Shown piece by piece: positions 52,471-64,000 of a stretch of DNA of 64,000 nucleotides. The stretch spans positions 16,430,001-16,494,000 of the forward strand of contig OX597839.1 in assembly GCA_951406725.2 (NCBI GenBank), given 5' to 3'. The stretch's first letter is position 1; every line of letters starts with the position of its first letter. The position numbers and the translations under genes are program-made. The notes below the pieces were generated by a model. That model saw nothing but the letters and a program-made list of their open reading frames with translations, had not been told where the DNA came from and did no database searches. This DNA is from Octopus vulgaris (taxonomy: Eukaryota).

Positions 52471-52893
52471 CTTTCTCTTTTTCTGTCTCTCAGCACATTA
52501 CCAGCGACCTTGCTTGCTCTTCTCTTTGCCTTTCATTCACTCGGTGTTGACATGTAACATGACAATAGAGTTGTTGTTGCTGATGGTAAGGGTATAGGAG
52601 GTTGTGGTGGTGGTGACCGCTGTTAACATTGGTATTGATGATTATGATGATGATGCTTTTGCTGGGCGAAGGTCGCGGGTGCGATTGTTGATTTTACATA
52701 TATATATATAACACTGCACATTTTAAAAAACTTAGAATTCGCATAAAAATTTTTTCAAATATTCACGTTTTGCAAATTTCTTATTCTCTTCTTCATATCC
52801 ACCATACTCACACCAATCACCATTTCTTTTATTTTTCTTAACCTGCTCTTTCTTTCGTTTTGGATCTTAAATTTCTTCTCACCACTTGAAGTA

Positions 52894-55241
52894 TCAGGTT
52901 GAGTAAAAAGTAAGCAACGTTTTGAACCATGAAGAATTCGTACGAAATTTTTGCAGTGCTTTAAATTTTAAAAAAAAAATTTTTGCAATTGTCTGATAAT
53001 ACAGACATAGACGTACCCAAATGCATCAATAAATTAACATTGATATTTTATTCATTGTTGTCGCAATCATCTGAAATGGAACTGTCAAAACATATTCGAG
53101 CAATTTTGTTATTCAACTTCAAAATAAAAGGACATAAAGCGGCTGAAACTGCTCACGATATCAATGAAACGTTTGGTGAGGAAATGACCAGTGAGTGGTC
53201 AGCTTGAAAATAGTTTAACCCTTTCGTTACTATATTTCTGACCAAATTACACCCCTTATGTGTTTCAATTAATTTCTAACGTAATCATAAATTTAGTCTG
53301 GTTTCATTAAACAACTATAATTTTTTTATTTATCGATATATTAATCTGATTTTCGGAAGATAATTTAATGAAATATTCTCAACCAATTCTATACTATAAT
53401 TTTTGTCACAAAGTGACTCTATTTGCAGGTAGATACAGGTAAATTCAACAATATATAAAATTATTAAAATTTTGTTCAAACATCGCTATAGAAAATATTA
53501 GCTAATATTCAATTGGGTATACAACAAAATTTTACGATAGAATTTGTTATTCTGGGTAACTTTCTGATACCCATAATAATATTTATGGCAAAATAGGCCT
53601 TAATTTCATTTAAGGTTGTGGGAAATAACAAACTATCCTTTCTTTCGTTTTGTTTACGTTTAGCGTAACGGTTCGTTTTCGCTGTAATGATTTCAAATAG
53701 GCTCATTCGAAAAAGTAAATAGAAATAGCCTAAGGCTTTACCCTTCTGGCAAAGTCTGTGGCTTGGTCCAGTTTCTGCAGAAAAATCACCGAAAGAAACA
53801 GTTTTTAAATTTTCACTCCATTCAGGTGCCAATTCGTTTTCTTTATCGCTATCAGGAGATCTCAGATTCACTGTTTTCACTTTCGGAAAATGAAACATCA
53901 AATTCATTATCAAATACCATGTGCTTTTTTTTTCAGTCATAGAGTTAGATTTATGAAGGTCTTCAGTAGAAAATCCTTCGAATTCTGACTCGCTGCTTGA
54001 TATAATGAAATTCGTATCCATTTTTTGTCAGAATTACAAATTTTGAAAACACAATAGGAACAAATTTCGGAAAATAATCTCCCAAAATTCACGGAATTAA
54101 AATTACACTTCGATTATTGTACAAAACTGTAGTTGAACCGTTTACGAAGTATAATACGTGTTTTCACGAATGTACTGAAGAGATTTGCTCTGATATTCTC
54201 ATTTAAATATGAATAGGTAAATTCGGGCGGCTTGGTTTCATAAACCAAAATTTTTTTCGGGCGGCTTTGGGCGGTTTGGTAACGAAAGGGTTAAACAATT
54301 TCGCAATGGAGACCTGAGCCTTGAAGATCATGAGCATAGCAGACGCCCATCTGTCATCGATGACAATCAATTAAAGACTGTCATTGAAAAAGATCCAGAT
54401 AAAACCACTTGAGAACTGGCAAAAGAACTTCAAGTTAGCCAGAAAACTGCCTGTAACCATTTGCATGTGATCTGAAAATTTTAAAAAAACTCTAAAAATG
54501 ATTTGAATGAAATTCAGAAAATGTGCAGATATGAAATTTGCTTGTCACTTCTCCGTAACCAGACCAATCCATTTCTCGACTGTATTGTAATTTGCGATGA
54601 AAATTGGATTCTGTACAATAATAAAAAACGTTCTTGGCAGTGGTTGGACCAAAATTAAGCACTGGAGACCTTCCTTAAATGCGAGCTCTTCAAAAAGAAG
54701 GTTATGGTGATTGTTTGGTGATGTACGGCTGGACACATCCATTATAACTTCTTAAAACCCGGAAAAACCATTACTGCAGAAACATATTGCCATGAAATTA
54801 ACAAAATGAATGAAAAACTGCTGCTACTCTGTCCCAGACTGGTCAACAGAAGAGAGCCAATCGTTCTTCATGACAATGCTTGACCATATGTTTCACTAAT
54901 GACGCTCCAGAGGTTGAAGGAACTTGGCTACGAATTTATTCCCTATCCAGCTTATTCCACATACCTTTCTCCTACCGACTACCACTTTTTCAAGCACCTT
55001 GATGGTTTCTTCCAAGAGAAGGAATTCAAAATCAAACTGATGCTGAAAGTGCATTCAAAGAGTGCATCAGCTCCGGAACTCCAGATTTTTCTGTTACCAG
55101 AATAAATAAACTTGTAACTCGTTGGTAAAACTGTGTTCATTGTAATGGTACTTACTTTGATGAATAAAATTTCCGCATTTTTGAAATGTATTGTGATGAA
55201 TTTCATGTTTCAAAACACTGCTTACTTTTTACTCAGCCTGA
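52894..55241 (+). mobile_element. Full-length decayed mariner (D,D34D-type) transposon interrupted by a piggyBac
   Basis: TIRs TCAGGTTGAGTAAAAAGTAAGCA / TGCTTACTTTTTACTCAGCCTGA with TA on each side; MELSKHIRAILLFNFK..GHKAAETAHDINETFG, CDENWILYNN, LHDNA, PAYSTYLSPTDYHFF; ~1.27 kb without the insert. Confidence 0.92.
53219..54290 (-). mobile_element. Internally deleted piggyBac element with N-terminal transposase fragment
   Basis: TTAA TSD on both sides; TIR CCCTTTCGTTAC / GTAACGAAAGGG; ORF 53509-54021 SSSESEFEGF..YFYLLF..LFEIITAKTNRYA..TTLNEIKAYFAINIIMGIRKLP (PGBD-like). Confidence 0.9.
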
Positions 55242-55247
55242 TATTTC

Positions 55248-55540
55248 AAATTCAATTCAATTCAATTTTTATTGGCTCACAAAGCAAAAGCAAGGCCATG
55301 TAGGGGGACAAGGAGTGATGTACAGGGAGGGTGGTCATACAAAGAGTTCAGGCCATTTCTAGTCAAGAGAGACTTTGAACCGAGCGGTCGTCGGCATCTT
55401 CACTATCTCGTCCGGCAGCTTATTTCACGGATCCGCAACCGAAAGCCCCTCTCCTTCGACTGAGATGAAATTGTCGTAGATAGAGCTTTTCGGAATGACC
55501 CCGCAGCCCACGCTCTGGAGCAGAAGTGAAGAACAGCTCT
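55248..55540 (-). mobile_element. CR1 3' fragment, same family as 18660-19066, with (GAATT)n tail
   Basis: Reverse complement shares GAGATAGTGAAGATGCCGACGACCGCTCGGTTCAAAGTCTC and GTCCCCCTACATGGCCTTGC. Confidence 0.8.
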
Positions 55541-56078
55541 GGTGAATAGAAATGTTCACCAGATTAGTTTTAAAAAATGTAGCTTTGATACAGTTTTGCA
55601 TGCTGATTACGAAAATTGTGTTGATTACCCCTACCCCCAAAATTCATAACAAAGAAGTTACAAGCATTTAGAGTTTGTCACCAGCATACAAAAATACATA
55701 AAAATTACATTTTTGAAAATAACCTGATGAAAATTTCAAATACTTCAAGTGGTTGGAAGAAATTTAACAAGGCTGAAAATTTCTTACGGAATAACAAAAG
55801 TGAAAGAAAAACAAATACAGGATCTTGTTAAGGTTCTTCCAACCTCTTGAAGTATTTCAAACTGTCACAAGATTCTTTTCAAAAAATGTAGTTTTGATAT
55901 ACTTCGCATGCTGCTGATGAAACCCACATTGATTTTTTTTTTACTAATTAATAATAAAGAAATTATTGGTGTTTGAAGTTATGTGATTTGAACTGAAAAC
56001 CTCCATTGCTAACTCATCCGATGCTCTGTTCGTTGTCATGAAGATCTGAGTGGAAGAAATTTTTAAAAAGCTTCTTAA

Positions 56079-56278
56079 CCCTTTTGTTACCAACCCGGCT
56101 GAAACCGGCTCTGTTTACATAATTTTTAAATTAAAATCTTCCACCAAACCTTAGTCACAATTTATGTTCCTAACACTAGCTGAATGATAGCTAAGTTATT
56201 TTACTAAATTCTTTGCTATATTTAAAGTAATTGAAAGAAACACAGAGCATCTAAAAAATAAATGCAGTAATGAAAGGG
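56079..56278. mobile_element. piggyBac-type MITE
   Basis: TTAA-CCCTTTTGTTAC...GTAATGAAAGGG-TTAA; same TIR as 53219-54290 with CpG decay. Confidence 0.8.
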
Positions 56279-57184
56279 TTAAGATGTTTCAATTATATAT
56301 CTAGATATATAGTTCAAATTTATAGAAAAACAAAGACGAAGACAGGTGTAGGAACAACAAGCAAGTGTATTAGTTTGACACTCAGGAAAAATGGAAAAGT
56401 CTTTTATGTTTCAAGTCTATGCTCTTTGACAGTAAGGAATAAGAGGAAATAAATTGAGAGAGAATGAAAAATAAAAATGTGTTGAGTTCAGTGGTCCAAA
56501 TTACACATATTTATATTATATGTACACACACACAAACATATACTAATATACGTACACGCCTCTTAACCCTTATACCATTGCATGTACACACATATATGCT
56601 TACACACACATGCACAAATATACATACACGCACACACATTACATATGTGTGTGTGCATATATACGTATGTGCACACCATACTATGTGTGAGAACTGAATG
56701 AATAGGTGACCTGAAATCAGTAGGCACCACACTGGTCATCTTCTGAAAAATCAACAATACTGACCACTCCAAAATATTCCAATTCTTTATTCTTAACGTA
56801 CTTAACTCTTCATCCACCTCTGTTCTCAATTACTATTAGACTTATCTTTATCTTTATTTTTATATTTATATTTTAGCTTTATTTCATTTTTTCCATTGCT
56901 TTCTTTCTTCCTTCTCCTTCTTCATATACATGCATGCTTTTGCATTCTTTTATATATATATTTTGCTATTTAAGCAACAAGTAAAACATACATTTTTTTT
57001 TTTTGAAAACAGCTATTTGAAGCTTGAAACTCATACCAGAGTAACTCACAGTAAACAACATTATTATCATTAAAATGAAAGTTATTCCCGCAAAAAGCCA
57101 AATCTACTCATTTTCTCAAATATATAATACTGTACCAAGAACTTTCTTTTTAACATACATACATGCATGCATACATACACATAT

Positions 57185-57223
<39 letters not shown>

Positions 57224-57651
57224 TACATACATACATACATACATACATTAATGACGGGCTTCTTTTAGTTTCTGTCAATCAAATCCATTCACAAGGCCTT
57301 GGTTGACCTGAGGCTACAGCAGAAGGCACTTGCCCAAAGTGCCACATAGTGGGACTGAACCCGGAACCATGTGGTTGAGAAGCAAGCTTCTTACCACATA
57401 GCCACACCTGTGCCTGTAGTTGAAAAAAAAATTGGTTGTGTGTATCATGCATGATACATGGCTGCTAGGGAAATATGTCCTGTGTACTACATGTAATACA
57501 CATGACAGGCAAAGGGTTGCATATACTGCCATGCCTGCATCGGTTTTTGTGCATTTATGGTTTATGAAATAATTTACTCTCACTGTCATTGTATTTCATA
57601 CTTAGAGCCAACATTTAACAGTTTTCCCTATCCCCATCCCCACTAATTTAA

Positions 57652-57841
57652 CCCTTCAGCATTTAATCCAGCCTAGTATTTTCCTTGTTTTATGTTAAAA
57701 CTAACCAGATTCAACCTCTCACACCTACCCTACAATGTCATTCTAAAAATATACAAACACACCATTGATGTGTGATTAATTCAAAGCAATGTGAATAATT
57801 AAGTAATACATTCGAGAAAGAAATATGAATACTAAAGGGAT
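57652..57841. mobile_element. Second TTAA-type MITE family (relatives at 17377-17600 and 58530-58663)
   Basis: TTAACCCTTCAGCATT...AATACTAAAGGGATAA; shared CCTACAATG(T/C)CATTCTAAAAAT. Confidence 0.55.
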
Positions 57842-58085
57842 AAATCATTTCGTCTGCTCATCCTAGTGATGGTGCAAAAGTGCCCAAAACCTTTATAATG
57901 CCATTCCCTTTCATTTAAACCTGTTTAGAAAATTTTAAAAATAGATACTATGTGAATGGAAGTAGTGTTAATTGCTGTACTTAGTCTACATGACTGAAAT
58001 AGGTACCATGAGTCTTCTCCTTCAAATCGAACACTTATTAAACAAAGTTAGTAATCACGGAGAGTGTTCTTGACTTTAATAGATA

Positions 58086-58147
<62 letters not shown>

Positions 58148-59241
58148 TCGTTCGTTTAAAGTCCACTTTCCGTGCTAGCATGGGTTGGACGATTTGACTG
58201 AGGACTGGCGAACCAGATGGCTGCACCAGGCTACATTCTGGTCTGGCAGAGTTTCTACAGCTGGATGCCCTTCCTAATGCCAACCCTCCGAGAGTGTAGT
58301 GGGTGCTCTTACGTGCCACCGGTACGAGGGCCAGTCAGGCGGTACTGGTAATGGCTACACTCAAATGGTGTTTTTTTATGTGCCACCTGCACAGGATCCA
58401 GTCCAACGGCACTGGCAACGACCTCGCTCATATATATATATATATACAGTCAATGGATTGACACAGTCTACCTAATTGTAAATATGTACCACCTGGGAGA
58501 GTACCTACAGATTGTCTGGGGATGGTATCCTACAATGCCATTCTAAAAATAAGGAATTACATAATTGAAAACTAGAAACTACAAAATAATGCATGATTAA
58601 TTCAAAGCAATATGAATAAATAAGCATTACATTCCACAAAGTAATCTGAAATCTAAAGGCTTAAAAGACTGTTCATAACTCACACCCATATAAGAGAGTT
58701 GTTCTCACAACTCTTTTATATGGGGGACCATTAATTAGTGGTGAGACTGATTCTCCTATGCTCCCATACATTCTCTCCAAGCTGCTGAAAGCAGTGCTAG
58801 CTTTAGAGACTTCCTTGTTGACCTTGCAATCAATGTTTGTTGATCTTAGTTTGTATTAAGAAGGCAGGGGTGAATCTAAGGTCACTCACAATCTGGGTTT
58901 CGTCCATTCACACATGTGTTGGTGTCATTTCTCTCTTTTCTTCAAATCTGCACACACATACATGTACATATACACACTGTCAAATGTATTTTTATTTATA
59001 CATGTATGTGCACATACACACTCATATGCACACACACACACTTACAAATAACTTCACATATACATATTTCTGTGTGGATGTGTGGATGTATGTATGCATA
59101 CCCTCTCTCCCTTATATGCACTGAGATATGCACTTGTACAAATATTATAACACATGCATACATACATTGAAAAATGTATGTTTATTTATACACACATTGT
59201 GTATACACACACACACACACATATATATATATACATGCATA

Positions 59242-59281
<40 letters not shown>

Positions 59282-59613
59282 AGCATGCTCATTTCCAACT
59301 GTTTATTTACACACACTCATACACACACACACATATATATATATATATACGCATAGTCTCTCTCTCTCTCACACACACACACACACTGACACACACAAAC
59401 ATGCTCATTTCCAAGTGTTTATTTACACACACACACACACACACACATACAATCATGCTTATTGCCAGGAGTATGTTTATTTACACACATGTAAATACAG
59501 GCACAAATTGATTGCCAAAATTCTGTCATTCAAAGACGACCTTTCCACTGCCACATCTGTCTACCAATTTATATATTGCTTATTTGTTTTTGTTTTTCTT
59601 TCTTCTTCTTCAG

Positions 59614-59733
59614 AAAATGGAGAAAAAGTCATCAGGTTTGACCCCCTATCTTGCGTTTTGTACGTTTGTGGCTGTATTTGGTAATTCCCTCCTCTATGGG
59701 TATAACATTGGAGTGATCAACACTCCGGCTGAG
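59614..59733 (+). CDS. First coding exon (TM1) of an SLC2A/GLUT-family facilitated sugar transporter; ATG at 59617
   Basis: Polypyrimidine tract plus CAG acceptor, GAG|GTAAGA donor; MEKKSSGLTPYLAFCTFVAVFGNSLLYGYNIGVINTPAE contains the GLUT G..YGYN.GVIN.P signature; phase-0 intron at the position expected for this family. Confidence 0.88.
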
Positions 59734-59854
59734 GTAAGACAGACTTTCATAATTCACTAAATGTTTTTTTTTATTTTATTATTATTATTATTATTATTAT
59801 TATCTAACTTGGGGATTGGTGAAGTGGTGTGGACACTGCTGAGGAGACCCCAAA

Positions 59855-60240
59855 AGGCAGCGAGCTGGCAGAATCGTTAGCACGCCAGGCGAAATGCTTA
59901 GCACTATTTCGTCTGCCGCTACGTTCTAAGTTCAAATTCCGCCAAGGTAGACTTTGCCTTTTATCCTTTCAGGGTTGATTAAATAAGTACCAGTTATGCA
60001 CTGGGGTCGATGTAATCGACTTAATCCGTTTGTCTGTCCTTGTTTGTCCCCTCTGTGTGTAGCCCCTTGTGGGCAGTAAAGAAATAGGTATTTTGCCTGA
60101 CTCTACATTCTCAGTTCAAAATCTGCTGAGGTTGACTTTGTTCGGTGTCGATGAAATAAGTATCAGCTGAACACTGGGGTCAATGTAATCAACTCATACC
60201 CACCTACCCCACAAGCTGCCCTTGTGGCAAAAATTTGAAA
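59855..60240 (+). mobile_element. SINE-B copy joined to a decayed SINE-B in the SLC2A intron
   Basis: Full head to AAAGAAATAG, then GTATTTT.. continuing into a decayed copy. Confidence 0.8.
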
Positions 60241-61544
60241 TAATTATTATTATCTAACTTGTTGAGTGTGGAAAAAAGGCCAGTATCCATGGTCTTCACA
60301 GGCTCTTCAAGACTGATAAGAATGATTCCATTAACTTTTTTGTTAGCCATCATCATCGTTTAATGTCTGTTTTCCCTGCTGGCATGGGTTGGACAGTTTG
60401 ACAAGAGCTATCCATCTGGGGAGATGTCCAGACACAAGCTGTCTCTTTTGGCATGGCTTCTATGGCTGGATGCCCTTCCTAACACCCACCACTTTACAGA
60501 GGGTGCTGAGTGCTTTTTACATGCCACCAGCACCAGTGCATTCTATGTGGCACTGGCACCAGGCATTTTATGTGGCACAGGCACCAGCAAAGAACATGCC
60601 TGTGTGTATGGATGACCATGATTTTACTTATGCAGCACTGCCTTTGCTTCACTCAATTCTGAAAATAGTGGGAAATTTATTAAAATAACTTTGTCCTTAT
60701 TGAGCTAGTGTTTGGAACATAAATTAACATGAAATTTTGCTGGTAGCTTGCTTCAAAAAACAAGAAGTTTGTATCATAGAACTGAGGACAGTATTGGGCA
60801 GATTATCATCAAGATGGCTTGTTCTTGAATCATTACGACTCAACACTGAAAGGCATGACTGGAGCAGGAAGGAGATTTCGGAGGGGGGGGCAACATTCCA
60901 GGAAGGAAACATGCATTTGTGTTGGCAGGCTGCAATAATCCTCTTTGTGCTAATTACCAAATAAACCCTTCTTTGCTAATATTAGAGGCGCAATAGCCAT
61001 AAAGTTGCACTGCTTATACTACCGACTAAATAGACATGGGTACAAATTGTACTCCATTCGGAGCGTTGTATGCCTGAACAACAGTCACACTTTTTGATTA
61101 ATTTGCAAATTAAGCTCATCTGGTAATTAAATATGTGGAGATTTGTAGTTGCTCAGTAGTTATGAGGTTAATGTTCTTCAACTGTTGACCTAAGCTTGCG
61201 TTAAAAATTGTACTCTTGTCACAGGGTTGTGCTTCTGAATGAAGCATTAAACATCTATTCATTTCAAAATCCATGTCTATATTCATGTGTATGTGCAGGA
61301 AGGAAGACTATCCTTCCACAGAAATTATGCAGAAGCAGACACTCAAGCATGATGCATTCCTTGGGTCTTGTCAAATTACTCCAGCAAAAACCAGCATTGG
61401 ACATGGAAATTAAATAATGATGATGATGAGGAGGAGGAAGTGGAAGAGGAGGATTGGACTTCCTAGAATGTTTAAATGTTCCAGTTGTTGCAAGGAGTAT
61501 AATTGTTGTTGAATTTTTGGTCTTCAATAAACGATGGAGAAAGA

Positions 61545-62365
61545 TGAGCAAATTGTATGCCTTTAAACAGGAAGTCAAGAAAGATGGAGCAGTTTGACAA
61601 ATAACAAGAAATAAGACAAGGGTTTTGTTTGCCCTTTAGCAGAGAAAGACAAGTGGGTTAGGAAAAAGTTAAAAAAACGATGAGAAAGTTGTTTGCCCTT
61701 TAACAGATACAGTGAAGTATGAGTGAATAGTTTGCCCTGCGGCAGGAAGTAAAGAAGAAGATATTTGCCCTAAACAGAAAATAATGTTGGGAAAAGTTGT
61801 TAGCCCTTTAAAAAGGAGTGAAGAGAGAGTTATTTGCCCTTTAATAGAAAGCTGAGAATGGTTAAGATAGTTGCTTTTAACTGAAAACAAAGGAGTTGTT
61901 TACTCTCCTACAAAAGAGTTATAGAAAGGAGTTATTTGCCCTGAAACAGAGAGGTATAAGGGAGTCGTTTGCCCTGTGGCAGGAAGTAATGAAAATAGAT
62001 ATTTGCCCTAAAGTAGAAAATCAGTATGAGAGAGTTCTTTGCCCTTTAACAGGGAGTAGAGGAGGACAAGTGAGTAAGAAAGTTGTTTGCCCTCCAGTAG
62101 AGAATAAAAGAGGAAGTTGTTTGCCTTCTAACAGGGAATGCAGAGGGAGTTGTTTACCCTTCTATAAGAAAGTTACACAAAGGAGTTATTTGCCCTTCAA
62201 CAGATATTAATGAAAAGAATTATTTGACCCTTTAAGAGAGAGAATTATCTGTTCCTTAATACAAAGTAGAGAAAGGTGAAATTGTTTGCCTTATAACATT
62301 GAGTAGTGAAAGGAACTTTTTGCCCTTTGACAGATTTGAGAAAGGAGTGATTTGCCCTTTAAACC
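61545..62365. repeat. Degenerate 33-39-bp minisatellite with (GT)TTGCCC core, ~20 units
   Basis: Recurrent AGTT(G/A)TTTGCCCTTTAACAG separated by purine-rich variable segments. Confidence 0.8.
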
Positions 62366-63181
62366 TTTAACCACAAAATGAAAATTCATTGTTATTCCAG
62401 TAATGAAGTTAAATATGTACTAAAAATAGAATTGATATGTTGTGCAAGTCACATTGCCTCAATATAGTTGACATAACTCAACAAAAAAATAATTTCAAAC
62501 ATGACATTTCTCAACATAAGGCAGATGAGTATATAAAACTGCTTTCTGCCATTAAAAATATTAGAATTTTGTGCTGGGTACATCTGACTTTTATAGTAAA
62601 AGGGCTAACTTGTTGAGTGACTGCTGCAAACACAAACCCTTGCGTTCCCTTATTATTCTGGAATTTACACTGGTTTTTCCAATTTTCTTGATTCCCTGAA
62701 ACTGTGGGACAAAATACTAGTTTTCTATTCCAGTACAAGGGTCAGACAATCTTTCACCCACAAGAACTTACTCACCCTTGACAAAGCTCATACAAGATCC
62801 ACAATGCAGGTGGGGCCCAGTTAGAATTTTCTTCGGGTCGAATAGCCTGTCCTACTCAAATGGTCCTTGAATAAGAGTTGTTTAAGGATGTTGAACGAAA
62901 CAGCCATGTTTCTAGAGGTGAATTATTCAAACTTCTCAACACACGGCTATGATGCTCCCCCACTACTTCTGCTCGTGATCAGAGATGCACATATTGTCAG
63001 CCAATAAGGGACATGCTCAGCTGGTTAATTTCAAACAACTGACAAGCAAATCTGTGGAATTGAGCAGAATATTTGCTGTAGCCCATCTTTTATGCCAAGA
63101 CAAAACAATGTACATGATAACACCTCCAATCAGTTAAGATCAGAAGCCATGAGAGCCACTGCCTGGTACTGTGACAGAGCA

Positions 63182-63349
63182 TATTATTATTATTATTTAT
63201 TATTATTATTATTATTATTTATTATTATTATTATTTATTATTATTATTATTAATTATTATTATTTATTATTATTATTATTATTATTATTTATTATTTATT
63301 ATTATTATTATTAATTATTATTATTATTAATTATTATTATTATTATTTA

Positions 63350-63385
<36 letters not shown>

Positions 63386-63416
63386 GTTATTATTATTACT
63401 ACTACTACTACTACTA
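63182..63416. repeat. (ATT)n/(ACT)n microsatellite
   Basis: Directly visible. Confidence 0.95.
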
Positions 63417-64000
63417 AGGCAGTGAGGTGGCTGAGTTGTTAGCATACTGTGCAAAGTGGTATTTTGTCTGTCCTTAGGGTCTGGGTTCAAGTACCACTGA
63501 GGTCAACTTTGCTTTCATCATTTCAGGGTCGATAGATCAAGTAGCAGTTGAGCACTGGTGGTTGATGTAATTGATTTTCACCCTCTCCTCAAATTGCTGA
63601 CCTTGTGCCAAAATTAGAAACCATTATAACACAGTCCTTTTCTCATTCACACACGCCTGTGGGCGGTGCCTGTTTGTATGTTGATCCTTTGGGTAGTATC
63701 AGTTTACAGTTATGTAGAATGAGCTTTCACCTTGAACCCCCCAAAACCGTATTGTTTAATACAGAAATGGGGAAAATCTTTTAAGTTACATAATATATAT
63801 TAAATAGCTGTATTGAAGCTAACTATTAACTGATATGGTTTCATTTCATAAACAGGAGAAAAAATTAAAAATTCTTGCTAAACCGGTTATTTATAAAATA
63901 CAATTATTCATGAAATTTTAAATAAAATACCATAAAAAAAAGAAAAAAAATTCTCTTACTGAATAAGCACACCCAGTGTAATCTCTTTAATTTTTAATTA

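Noticed and set aside
7662-59684. Many 60-230 aa ORFs rich in YI, CV, MYVC or HT
   Set aside because: Translations of (TA)n, (TG)n and (TATG)n microsatellites or SINE bodies; no coding signal
61545-62365. Repeat-spacer array resembling CRISPR
   Set aside because: Core is only ~10-15 bp and degenerate; linkers are mutually similar, low-complexity purine tracts
62511-63180. R4/Dong-like LINE fragment (GTQGFVFAA) next to (ATT)n
   Set aside because: Only one short motif; too degraded to assign without a search

Overview
AT-rich, repeat-dense animal genomic DNA. The SINE families, (TA)n/(TATG)n/(CA)n microsatellites and LINE clades suggest a coleoid cephalopod, probably Octopus; this is inference from recalled repeat families, not a search. 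Nearly all supplied ORFs are microsatellite or SINE artefacts. Supported host coding sequence is limited to one exon of an SLC2A/GLUT sugar transporter (59614-59733, +) and a candidate in-phase exon encoding a KEE(S/P) repeat (25908-26246, +). Mobile DNA includes four tRNA-derived SINE families, RTE and CR1 LINE fragments (one 376-codon open CR1 RT ORF), a decayed Ty3/Gypsy gag-protease, a full-length mariner with a nested piggyBac, MITEs, a Penelope-like remnant and a small mitochondrial 16S NUMT. The most striking unannotated signal is about ten hammerhead-ribozyme-like motifs in at least five short element families. Several sit in (TA)n tracts as back-to-back palindromes, with recurrent non-canonical cores (CCGACGA, CTGTCGA) and a stem I covariation. 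Other observations: a twin-priming-type inversion in a non-L1 LINE, a minisatellite apparently amplified from Penelope endonuclease coding DNA, templated local duplications, apparent SINE target preference, a structured direct-repeat-flanked element, and CpG-decay domains that may mark gene bodies. All coordinates were read by eye; repeat boundaries are approximate.
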